From Octopus sinensis (lineage: Eukaryota): a stretch of 64,000 nt of DNA. The stretch is taken from assembly GCF_006345805.1 (NCBI RefSeq), contig NC_043004.1:34100001-34164000 (forward strand), written 5' to 3'. The notes under the pieces were generated by a model that saw nothing but the letters and a program-made list of their open reading frames with translations, made no database searches and was not told the origin of the DNA. The position numbers and the translations under genes are program-made. Shown here one piece after another: positions 26,046 through 36,945 of the stretch; the first letter of the stretch is position 1; each line of letters starts with the position of its first letter.

Positions 26046-26338
26046 ATTAATTAATAAGGGTGAGAGAATTAGATACTAATTTAATAGTATATCTATTCTA
26101 TTTATCGTATTTATCGTTATGGTAAGGTCTGGCGTGTGATTGAGTGGATTTCATCCAGATAGTTTTGGCTGAGGAGCTACATTTAATTCATTAATAGCGA
26201 AACAATTGTCCCAAAATACCCTGTCCGTGTGAGCTAACAATCGTTCTGACTTTCATGGGAAACATGTATTTTTGTGGTTGAAACCTTTTGGATTAACTGG
26301 TGCTAGAGTGAGCCATATAGTGACCACTCTCTTATATT

Positions 26339-26345
<7 letters not shown>
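26046..26345 (+). mobile_element. ~300-nt non-coding hammerhead-bearing unit flanked by (TA)n (retrozyme-like or solo PLE terminal repeat)
   Basis: Bounded by (TA)n on both sides, no long ORF, contains the canonical hammerhead. Confidence 0.45.
26163..26216 (+). ncRNA. Canonical minimal type-I hammerhead ribozyme
   Basis: Stem I TTTTGG/CCAAAA, core CTGAGGA, stem II GCTA/TAGC, GAAA, palindromic stem III ACAATTGT, cleavage triplet GTC (C at 26210). Confidence 0.85.
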
Positions 26346-26374
<29 letters not shown>

Positions 26375-27545
26375 ACAATTTAACAAATAAAACATATGCA
26401 TACATACATACATATATGTATATACCTACATCTATATGTATATATACATGCATATATATATATATATTAGAGTATAGGACACCACAAATAAATGTAGAAC
26501 ACAACGAGAAACGAAAACATAAAAACAAACAAGGAAACGGACTTTTTTTTAACAACGAAAAAACAGAGTATAAGACAAACAATACAAGGAATATTCCCCT
26601 TCATCAGCTGCCCCTGGTTCGACTCAGTGCGTGTTTCGAAGGTAAGGGCAGAACATGATCCGGCCGAAACAGTCCTTCCTGCAAAATGAATTAAATAAAA
26701 TTCTTTTGCAGAGGGGTTAAAAAAAATATTTAAAAAAGTGACAAGAACAGGACGTAAAAGCAATACAAACAAATAAAAATACAGTACACATAAAGAATAA
26801 AAACAGGACAAGGAAACAAACATTAAGGGCTTTTTTACCCTAGACGGTGGAAAAACTCGGAACGCAATTCAGAAGATCGACTTGCTGGAGACAAGAAGAA
26901 AGTCGATGTTGACTTGTTGAAAGCAGCGAGAGAAAGGAAGTTTAGTAGTCCAGTCAGTGGCCAGAGAGAGGAGGAGGAGGAGTGAGAGAAAGAGAGAAAA
27001 AGAAACCAGAAAGGGTAAAATATAAGAAGGAGAGAGACAGGTAGAGAGGAAGACAGACAGGCAGGAAGGAAAGGTCAAGTAAAGAGTTGAGAGTGCGCGT
27101 CATAATTATTATAATAAAAAAAATATAATAAAAACTTGTATTGCTTTTACGTCCTGTTCTTGTCACTTTTTTAAATATTTATTTTTACCCCTCTGCAAAA
27201 GAATTTTATTTAATTCATTTTGCAGGAAGGACTGCTTCGGCCGGATCGTGTTCTACCCTTACCTTCGAAACATGCATTGAGTCGAACCAGGGGCAGCTGA
27301 TGAAGGGGAATATTCCTTGTATTGTTTGTCTTCTACTCTGTTTTTTCGTTGTTAAAAAAAAGTCTGTTTCCTTGTTTGTTCTTATGTTTTCGTTTCTCGT
27401 TGTGTTCTACATTTATTTGTGGTGTCCTGTACTCTTATATATATATATATATGCATGTATATATACATATAGATGTAGGTATGTACATATATGTATGTAT
27501 GTGTGCATATGTTTTATTTGTTAAATTGTTATTATATGATTGAAC
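26345..27545. repeat. Fold-back element: ~400-bp inverted arms (~26369-26768 and ~27137-27538) with a ~370-bp spacer
   Basis: Direct reverse-complement matching, e.g. gacaagaacaggacgtaaaagcaatacaa vs ttgtattgcttttacgtcctgttcttgtc. Confidence 0.88.
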
Positions 27546-27817
27546 GCCTCGCGTCACTTTCTTATTTCTCGAAGTAAGTTTTTATTATATATATATATAT
27601 ATATAGTATTATTCTTAAATCTCTGAGAGAGACATATAGTAACATTTCTTTAAAGTAAAATTTAATTTCCAACATAATATGGCTGTCCTGGAAGGGATGT
27701 TGTTACAGATTTTTAGTCCCAAGAAACGTCATTTCTAGCTGGCTATATGACACATTATCTGTATCTTTATATTTTCAAACTGGGAATTCAGCATCCCTAC
27801 CCCAGCACAAAACAACA

Positions 27818-27860
27818 TTTGTTGACTAGTTTCAGGGTTATTGCTCTTCATCAACACAGA
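27818..27860 (-). ncRNA. Hammerhead-like motif (UUGAUGA core) in the left arm of a fold-back
   Basis: rc tctgtg-TTGATGA-agag caataa ccct-GAAA-CTAG-TC-aacaaa. Mismatches in stems I and II. Confidence 0.5.
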
Positions 27861-28009
27861 GTAGCTTCATGACAAGGTGGTGTTGCTGAATTCACAGTTG
27901 AAATCTCTGAGAGATTTAAAAATAATACTATTTCCATTTCTAGATCAGTGGCTGTGTGTCACTTTGAAAGCTATACATTCAAACTGTGAATTCAGTGATG
28001 CCACCTAGC

Positions 28010-28052
28010 AATAAATTGATGAAGAGCAATAACTTTGAAACTAGTCCACAGA
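28010..28052 (+). ncRNA. Hammerhead-like motif (UUGAUGA core) in the right arm of a fold-back
   Basis: TTGATGA-agag caataa cttt-GAAA-CTAG-TC-cacaga. The 5' strand of stem I has diverged. Confidence 0.5.
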
Positions 28053-28235
28053 TGTTGTTTTGTGCTGGGTAGGGATGCTGAATTCCTGGTTCGAAAATAT
28101 AAGGACACAGATAATGTGTCATATAGCCAGCTAGAAACGATGTTTCTTGGGGCTAATAACCAGTAACAACGCCCCTTCCAGGACAGCCATATTATGTTGG
28201 CAATTAAATTTTACGTGTATATATATATATATAAA

Positions 28236-28560
28236 GGGCAACACTTTACAATTAAATCAAATTTCACTTGTGCATCTGAAAATCTGATCTTCATAATCAG
28301 ATGCTCGGGCTGCCAGAAAGACTATATCGGTAGCACAGGTAATTCTAGCCATCAACATTGTACAGTGCATTGTCAACAGATAGCCTCACCACAATACTTC
28401 CAAATTTATCTCAGTGAACATATCAATGTATGTACGAAACAAATACAACCTAAATTCATTATTTTCCCCACTATATAAATTTGCTGACTGGATTTCTACA
28501 CAAGCCCAACTCAATAAAATACAAACCTGAACTAAACACCAATTCATTTTAATTGTATTA
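28236..28560 (+). pseudogene. PLE GIY-YIG relic related to the 17.5-20.5 kb element
   Basis: GQHFTIKSNFTCASENLIFIIRCSGCQKDYIGSTG aligns with GQKFKIKSNFTCASENIIYVIKCSGCHQDYVGSTG. Confidence 0.8.
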
Positions 28561-28944
28561 CTAATTGTCACTTAATTACTTGACTCCTGGACACCCATTC
28601 ATATTCAAACCTGAATCATGAGAGGTCCGACATGGCTCTTATAGAGAAAGTATTCATATCTTGGCAATTGCTTTGTTGTTCATATTCATTTCCTATTGGA
28701 CTGATTTATTTTATTCAATTATAGAATTTCAACATATACAAAAAAGTTATATATGTATGCCAACCACAATTTTTAGCTATAAATGACTGTTCATACTTAT
28801 ATGTGTGTATGTGGATGTATATATATATACATATATATTACAAGAGAGAAAATGAGCTGTTAAAGCATAAAATATTTGCATATACACTCATTCACACAGT
28901 GCTTAATCTTTAAAACCTAGTATGGTAAATATAATTAACTGTAT

Positions 28945-29362
28945 AGGCACAGGAGTGGCTGTGTGGTAAGTAGCTTGTTTACCAGCCACATGGTTCCAGG
29001 TTCAGTCCCACTGCGTGGCACCTTGGGCAAGTGTCTTCTACTATAGCCTCAGGCCAACCAAAGCCTTGTGAGTGGATTTGGTAGACGGAAACTGAAAGAA
29101 GCCCGTCGTATATATGTATATATATATATGCGTGTGTGTGTTTGTGTGAGTGTGTTTGTCCCCTAGCATTGCTTGACAACCGATGGTGGTGTGTTTATGT
29201 CCCCGTTACCTAGCAGTTCGGCAAAACAGACTGATAGCATAAGTACTGGGCTTACAAAAGAATAAGTCCCGGGGTCGAGTTGCTCGATTAAAGGTGGTGC
29301 TCCAACATGGCCGCAGTCAAATGACTGAAACAAGTAAATGAGTAAAAGAGTAAAGAGTAAAA
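28945..29362 (+). mobile_element. SINE family B
   Basis: Family match. Confidence 0.9.
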
Positions 29363-29825
29363 GGAAATGACTCCTGTAACTGTAAGCTTGCTAAAAACAC
29401 TGAAGTGCTTCATTAAAAAATTAAAGTTGCTCCCCTTGACATATTGCTTCATCTCTGTTCACTTTTTTCAGAGATGGCGTCCAATTAACAGTAAAAAAGT
29501 TTTCTCTGACAATTGTTGATCATGAAACCAGTACTTATTTAATTTTTAATGATGTAATATGATCTAATATCACCATAAATTTTATTATACAAACTTTCTG
29601 TGACTCTTACATTTCTTTTCTTATATATATATATGTCTTATTGTGTCAGGGGAGACACATGGAGAATTTTGCAAACCAAATACAAAAATCGAAATATATA
29701 TATATATATATATATGTATATAATATATTATATGTGTCATTGTATATTTATATGTATATATGTGTTTATATGTATATGTTGTGTTTGTGTATGTGTGTGT
29801 ATGTATGTATGTATGTATGTATGTA

Positions 29826-30726
29826 TACAGGGTGTTTGGACTACATTTGATGATGTTTTTATGTCACATTTTTCAGGAACAAATTTATGTATTGGTGAAT
29901 AACCAATGTCATTAGAGAGCATAATGATTAAAGTTGCAGTCAAGAAACTAGTTTGCTGACACTGAGGACAAGAAGCCATCTTGAATGCTTGAAATGAGTT
30001 ATTTGTATCCTGATGAGTCTCATCTAATATTAAAATTCTTATTTCATGACTGCTGCTCAATACTCTGTGAACATTGTAAAGGTGACACAGCCATCATGGA
30101 AACCAATTTTCACCAAACCGTGATGATCTTTGGGTGTATCTCCATTGAAGATGAGAATATTCTACCCCATATCTTTGAACTGGGTTGTATGCTCAATTTA
30201 GATGGCTATGTGAAACTGCTGGAAACTGTGGTGAAACCTTGGCTGGAGAGGGTTGCTGTTGGTAGGTAGGCCATATGTTGGTAGGGTTGCTGTATGATTT
30301 GGCCCCTTGCCATACTTCCGGAAAGTGTCAGAAGTGGTTGTTGAGAATTTCTATGACTTCACTAGCCCCAATTTCTTGTCTCTTAATCCCGCTGATAGTA
30401 ATCCCATCAAATTACTTTATGTAGGGCGCAGTTAAGAAAGACACCATCCGCTCTACCTGCAATACCAAGGCCGAGCTGGTGGCTAAGATCAAGGAAGTGT
30501 TGGAAGATCTTTGCAGAGACTCAATGAGGAACACATGCACCAGCTTCCAGAGGTGTCTTGAGACTGGGGTAGAAGCTGAGAGGTGGAGCTACTTGCAGTA
30601 ATCTGCTATCTCCTTGCCATATCCAGGTTGATATTTTTTCATCTTTTGAAATACTTTTTATTTTTGGATGAAATTTGTGCTTTCTTTTTTTATGCAAACT
30701 GTCAAATTTAGCCCAAGCAACCTGCA
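29826..30726 (+). mobile_element. Tc1/mariner-superfamily relic, probably maT (DD37D), internally deleted, with degenerate TIRs
   Basis: VKLLETVVKPWLERVAVGR, DLAPCHTS..QKWLL, TKAELVAKIKEV. TIR-like cagggtgtttggactacatttga / tcaaatttagcccaagcaacctg. Confidence 0.75.
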
Positions 30727-30849
30727 TGCATGCTTGTTTGCATGCATGTATGTATATGTGTGTGTATATTTATGTGTGCATGTGCATATTTATCAAACAT
30801 GGTTTGCACTCAGGCAAAAACTGTCTCACACTTATGTGCCAATATGACT

Positions 30850-31400
30850 CAGCCCTGGGATGTTTTGTCAATGTATGAAATGTTGCATGAAGACTTTGCT
30901 AAGATTTTTGATAAAGTTGATTGTAGAATAATATACCAAAGACTTTGTGACCACATTGTGGTGGGCAAAGACTAGGAGGGAGAGAGAGAGAGAGAGTATG
31001 ATGTCTTGAAAGATAGAAATCATCTTATTTCAGCCAACAGCACTCTGTGTAGATTCAACTACTCAGAGCAGGGGTCAACAACAGCTGTCTTGGGGTCATT
31101 ACTGTCTATAACAGAATTATCAAATTAACCCTTGATTGCAAGCACAGCCATTCTAATGAACCATGACACTGATATGAGGATGTTGGAAGCAAGGAATGAC
31201 CCCCAAGTAAACTGAAAGCCTACAGAAGGAACGTAATGGGTTGAAGAAAGCAACATAAAGTCCGACCAAAGTAAATTGGGGACAGATGGGACAGATGGAA
31301 CAATAATACCATTATCAGATAATACGTGGGACCTGAGAAATTGTAATGAGCAATAACGCATCTTCCATTATCCATGTCACTAAAATAAGAAAATCATGCA
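30850..31400 (+). pseudogene. CR1/Jockey-like LINE RT relic
   Basis: DFAKIFDKVDCRII...LKDRNHLISAN...AVLGSLL...WVEESNIK. Confidence 0.65.
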
Positions 31401-32622
31401 GAAGAATGGAGAGATGGATCCTACAAATGTTCAAAAAAATAATAAAAGAACACAAGAAGTGGCCACAGCTCATGAGCTGAAACTAAAAAAAAAAAAAAAA
31501 AAAAAAAAAAATCAAAATAAAAAAATCAAAAGTCTTTTTTGTTCTTTGCAAGACATTTATTCTCAGTCCCCTTGACTTCTGCTCCCAACTCGACTGGGTA
31601 AAGTTAAACCAAGTTAGCATATCTAGTCTAAAGACACATAATGAGATGCAAGGCTAGTTTTAACCTACACAACCCATTTGCTTATTTAAGATCATAGAAA
31701 CATTTTCATTAATATTCATGAATATTTTGTTATTCATAATCCTAGCACCATTTTTTCATATCATTTATCTATTCAAACATCGTAGAACAAAGGAAAGTGT
31801 TTTTGCATTAACTCCAAGAATTATTTTTAGTCCTGGTTGACACCAATTTTACTTCATTGCACTAATAGGAATTTCAGAAAGACATCAGCTCCAGAACTTC
31901 TATGCATTTATCCCCAAATATATGCCAGCCTTCAAGTCTTCAGGAGGTCATGGCTCTGTGCTTAGGAAGTTTACATCACAACTACAACATTCTGGGTGGG
32001 ATTCTACAGTGTGTACCTTCAGCATGGATGTTCTGTTCTGCAATAGTCTCAAGTTGAGTTGTGGTTTACACTTGTAGTTACACACATGCACACATGCATG
32101 ATTGCACAGACATCATCATCATCCTCATTTTAATGTCCACTTCTCCACGCTTGCATAAATCCGATGCAATTCATTGAGGTTGATATTGTATGGCCTTCCT
32201 GTTGCCAATTCCAGGCATCATATAATAGTGCCATGGTCCACTGAGTAATGAACAGCTTGGATATGGTTGCTCAGTGAAATGGACACATACAACCCTGATT
32301 GTATTGACTGTGAGTCTGTTGTTTGCTTACAGCCAGTACACACATGCTCACACACGCACATACATACACACACACACATATGCCTGTGTGTGTGTGTTTG
32401 TGTGTCTGTGTGCACATGTGTATCTATGTATCTATGTATGTATATGTGTGTGCATGCATGTAGTGGCATTAGGAAGGGCATCTAGTGGTAGAAACCATGC
32501 CAAAGCAGATGTAGCTTGGCACCATCTTCTGTTTCACTCATTCCTGTCAAACTATCCACCTCATGCATGTGTGGAAAATGGATGTTAAATGATGATGATG
32601 ATGATAATGATGATGATGATGA

Positions 32623-33190
32623 TACAAGGGTGAGTCAAAAAGTAATGCCATTTTGTTTAGGACAGGTATAATTACCAACACAGGAACATGTATCATACAT
32701 CAAAATAAAGCTGGTCCTTTGTGGATCACATCCTTACTTCTCAACATAGTCACAGTTTCTCTCAATAACAATGTTCTACCTTCGAATGAGAGCATGTATC
32801 CCTGCCCTGTAAAATTCTGTTGACTGTTCTTTGAGCCACTTCTTCACTACAGTTTTAACCTCCCCGTCACTGGACTATCATCATCACTAGACTATCATCT
32901 CTTCGACCCCATGAAAGAGGGTTTGAGAGGCAAACATTATTCCAGTGACGAGGAAGTGAAAACTGTAGTGAAGAAGTGGCTCAAAGAACAGTCAACAGAA
33001 TTTTACGGGGCAGGGATACATGCTCTCATTTGAAGGTAGAACATTGTTATTGAGAGTAACAGTGACTATGTTGAGAAGTAGGGATGTGATCCACAGAGGA
33101 CCAGCTTCATTTTGATGTATAATACATTTCCTGTGTTGGTAATTATACCTGTCCCAAACAAAATGGCATTACTTTCTGACTCACTCTCTC
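32623..33190. mobile_element. Non-autonomous mariner fold-back made of two 3' ends (~230-bp arms)
   Basis: 32623-32857 is the reverse complement of ~32955-33185. The right arm encodes LFDPMKEGLRGKHYSSDEEVK...DYVEK*. TA at the termini. Confidence 0.85.
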
Positions 33191-33196
33191 ACTCTC

Positions 33197-33230
<34 letters not shown>

Positions 33231-33233
<3 letters not shown>

Positions 33234-34121
33234 TGACGAAGATGTACAGGTGTCAATTCATTATGGCTGTTTCAAGCAACTCCTTTAATTGATTAATGAA
33301 AACATTACATCATTTGAAAGAAACCGTTCTCATCAGACTTCAGACATAAAGCACTCAACCATTTCCTTAATATATTCACATCAATAATGGAACTCAAAAT
33401 ATTTACAGTGTTTCTTTTGTCATATCTGTGGCAGAATGAACTTAGAAAATAACGCATATCTTGCCAAGTCTACAATAAGTTAGTGAGTAGCAGAGGAAAT
33501 AGTGGGGCGGTCTGGATAAGAAGGGTGGTGACTTGATTACTTACACTTAGAAGACTTTAGGTAAAATGTAGTCTTCAAGGATTTAGAATGAAATCCATTG
33601 AGAGTTGTCAACTGAATTTTAGTTAATGGTGACAAATCAATTAACATCAGTCAATCTACTAGACTCTCAATGTCCTGGAACCATATATCTAGCTAGCTTC
33701 ATCTACACAAAAGGATAGGGTGTAGGGTTAGTAGTAAGGGATTGCCTGATGGGGAAGGGGTGGTAATTGGAAGAAAGAAGGATAGGGATGGCCAAAACTT
33801 ATTTTGGTTATCATATTAATGAAAAGCCAAAGGGATAAGTAATATAAACTTTAGAGGTGGAATCTAGAATCAAAAGATAAATGAGGTAGTGAAATATAAT
33901 TTAGAAAATTTATAATATTAAAACGAGAAAATTTAAATCAATATATAGAAGAAGGATAGAAATTAAATTTAAAACCTAATAATGGGATGCTTTAATATAT
34001 AAGAAAATATATTAAGACTTTTATTCAATTAATATTGTTTGGGTGTGCAGATTATACCAACATTATACCATGGCGCATCAATTTAAGTACCTAATTCAAC
34101 TGAATCTTAATGATATATATA

Positions 34122-34156
<35 letters not shown>

Positions 34157-35034
34157 AGTGACGAAGATGTACAGGTGTCAATTCATTATGGCTGTTTCAA
34201 GCAACTCCTTTAATTGATTAATGAAAACATTACATCATTTGAAAGAAACCGTTCTCATCAGACTTCAGACATAAAGCACTCAACCATTTCCTTAATATAT
34301 TCACATCAATAATGGAACTCAAAATATTTACAGTGTTTCTTTTGTCATATCTGTGGCAGAATGAACTTAGAAAATAACGCATATCTTGCCAAGTCTACAA
34401 TAAGTTAGTGAGTAGCAGAGGAAATAGTGGGGCGGTCTGGATAAGAAGGGTGGTGACTTGATTACTTACACTTAGAAGACTTTAGGTAAAATGTAGTCTT
34501 CAAGGATTTAGAATGAAATCCATTGAGAGTTGTCAACTGAATTTTAGTTAATGGTGACAAATCAATTAACATCAGTCAATCTACTAGACTCTCAATGTCC
34601 TGGAACCATATATCTAGCTAGCTTCATCTACACAAAAGGATAGGGTGTAGGGTTAGTAGTAAGGATTGCCTGATGGGGAAGGGGTGGTAATTGGAAGAAA
34701 GAAGGATAGGGATGGCCAAAACTTATTTTGGTTATCATATTAATGAAAAGCCAAAGGGATAAGTAATATAAACTTTAGAGGTGGAATCTAGAATCAAAAG
34801 ATAAATGAGGTAGTGAAATATAATTTAGAAAATTTATAATATTAAAACGAGAAAATTTAAATCAATATATAGAAGAAGGATAGAAATTAAATTTAAAACC
34901 TAATAATGGGATGCTTTAATATATAAGAAAATATATTAAGACTTTTATTCAATTAATATTGTTTGGGTGTGCAGATTATACCAACATTATACCATGGCGC
35001 ATCAATTTAAGTACCTAATTCAACTGAATCTTAA

Positions 35035-35038
<4 letters not shown>
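33231..35038. repeat. Near-identical direct tandem duplication, period ~925 bp, units separated by (TA)n
   Basis: Units start at 33231 and 34156. The only difference noticed is gtaagggatt vs gtaaggatt. Confidence 0.95.
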
Positions 35039-35078
<40 letters not shown>

Positions 35079-35929
35079 CTATAATATATAGTGTACATTT
35101 AAACACATAAGGAATCCACTCGTGGAATTCAGCATGCTAGAAAGAACAGCCAGGTTCTATAACCACAAAAATTAGGGATAAAATTCGACAGGAACAAAAT
35201 GAAAAATAAAAACATTTTACCATCTAGTTTCCTGGACAATTGGTTTCTAATTTTAGTTTAGGAAGCAAATAATATTTGCTCACGAGGTGAAATCATCCTC
35301 AACAGGTACACCTTGGGTTAAATATATAAACAACGAGGCAATCAAACTATATGCCTATATATATATATAGTACATGTGTGTGTGTGTATATCTTTGACTG
35401 ATGTATATTAATAATAGTTGAAACCATTGAGAAGAATCCTCTCCTCCTATGATATTTTTTTGGACAGAGTCTCCTGTTGAGACATATTCTGCCCCAAGTT
35501 ACACAGACACTGTTTTATCTGTTTCACCATCAGAAATGTAAGAAATAAGTGATTGATCTATCAAATACCTGTGACTAATGACATTACTGTTTGCAAAGTG
35601 TGATCTAAAATAATATTAATTCTCCCATAGAAATACAAGAACAGATTATTGCAATGCTTTGTAGTGGAATCACAGGTAATAGATGTGATTTGTTTCGGAA
35701 ATCAATCCCATATAATCAGTTAATTAGGATAAATATATAGCCTAATAAGTAATGGTATTTCACAGAAGTATGGAGCCTCAAATTTATACTAATTAGGGTA
35801 AGTAATTATAGAGATAAAGAAGTATAAAAATTATGGTTGATAATTAAAAGTGATGTATTTCAACTACTGTTACTACCACTCTAGAGGAACCTGAATACTG
35901 AGTTACTTACCATTATGTCCAGTCATGTG

Positions 35930-36330
35930 TAAGGCGGCAAGCTGGCAGAAACATTAGCATGCCGGGCGAAATGCTTTGCAGTATTTCATCCACCGCTGCA
36001 TTCAGAGTTCAAATTCCGCCGAGGTCGACTTTGCCTTTCATCCTTTCGGGGTCGATAAATTAAGTACCAGTTACGCACTGGGGTCGATGTAATCGACTTA
36101 ATCCGTTTGTCTGTCCTTGTTTGTCCCCTCTGTGTTTAGCCCCTTGTGGGTAGTAAAGAAATAGGTATTTTGCCCATTGCTATGTTCTGAGTTCAAATTC
36201 CGCTGAGGTTGACTTTGTCTTTCATCCTTTTAGGGACGATAAATTAAGTACCAGTGAAACACTGGGGTCAATGTCATTAACTAGTCCCCTCCCAACAAAT
36301 TTCACGCCTTGCGCCTATAGTAGAAAAGAT
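35930..36330 (+). mobile_element. Composite or nested SINE family A
   Basis: The tail aaagaaata continues into ggtattt...ctgagttcaaattccgc, a second body with an alternative 3' end. Confidence 0.85.
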
Positions 36331-36882
36331 TATATCACATCATATGACTTGCCATCATACTAAGTTAACAACCATATCTTTTATGGAACCATGGCCTCCA
36401 CCACAACTTTCTTAATACCAATTCAAGTTGAGTAATATATTTTAGTTTTTTCCTTGTTCCACAAATATAATTACTAAAGATCTTCATTGCCAGAAAATAT
36501 TTATAAAGAGAATATGAAGATCATCTGAAAATTGGTGCCTCAAATTTTTTATTTGAAAGCTTTTAAATAGAAGACCCAATTTGTAAAAAAAATGTACTCT
36601 ATAAAAAAGAAAACCATCCACCACAAGAAGTCTGTAGAACGAGAAGTCATTTCCATTCTCGTTTGAGACTAGAAAATTTGGGTAAGATATAAAGGTCCAA
36701 TTATCATCTTTCTCTTTTTATGGTGTAAAGAATTAATATCACTTTCTTGTCCATCACTAATTACAACAAAATTAATCTGTTAAGTAACACATCTTCATTT
36801 CACAGTGAATAATTCTTAAAACACACAGTATTTATTTATGTTGATAAATATCTTAGTGGCTCTCCTTTGTTCAATTTCTTAC

Positions 36883-36945
36883 CCTTCCAGTGTTTTCATT
36901 TGATTTGCATGGCTTAGGATGTCTGCTAAGTCCACATATGCAGCT
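36883..36945 (-). CDS. Internal coding exon C (63 nt, phase 2-2): AAYVDLADILSHANQMKTLE(G)
   Basis: First AG after a long polypyrimidine tract (tttctttctttcttttttttt...cgaaag|), donor AGG|GTAAGA. GG|C completes Gly with exon D. Confidence 0.65.

Larger units (their letters stand above)
27668..28200. repeat. Fold-back element with diverged arms carrying hammerhead-like motifs
   Basis: Arms ~27668-27900 and ~27972-28200 (aacataatatggctgtcctggaagg vs ccttccaggacagccatattatgtt). A related single copy lies at ~23210-23355. Confidence 0.82.
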
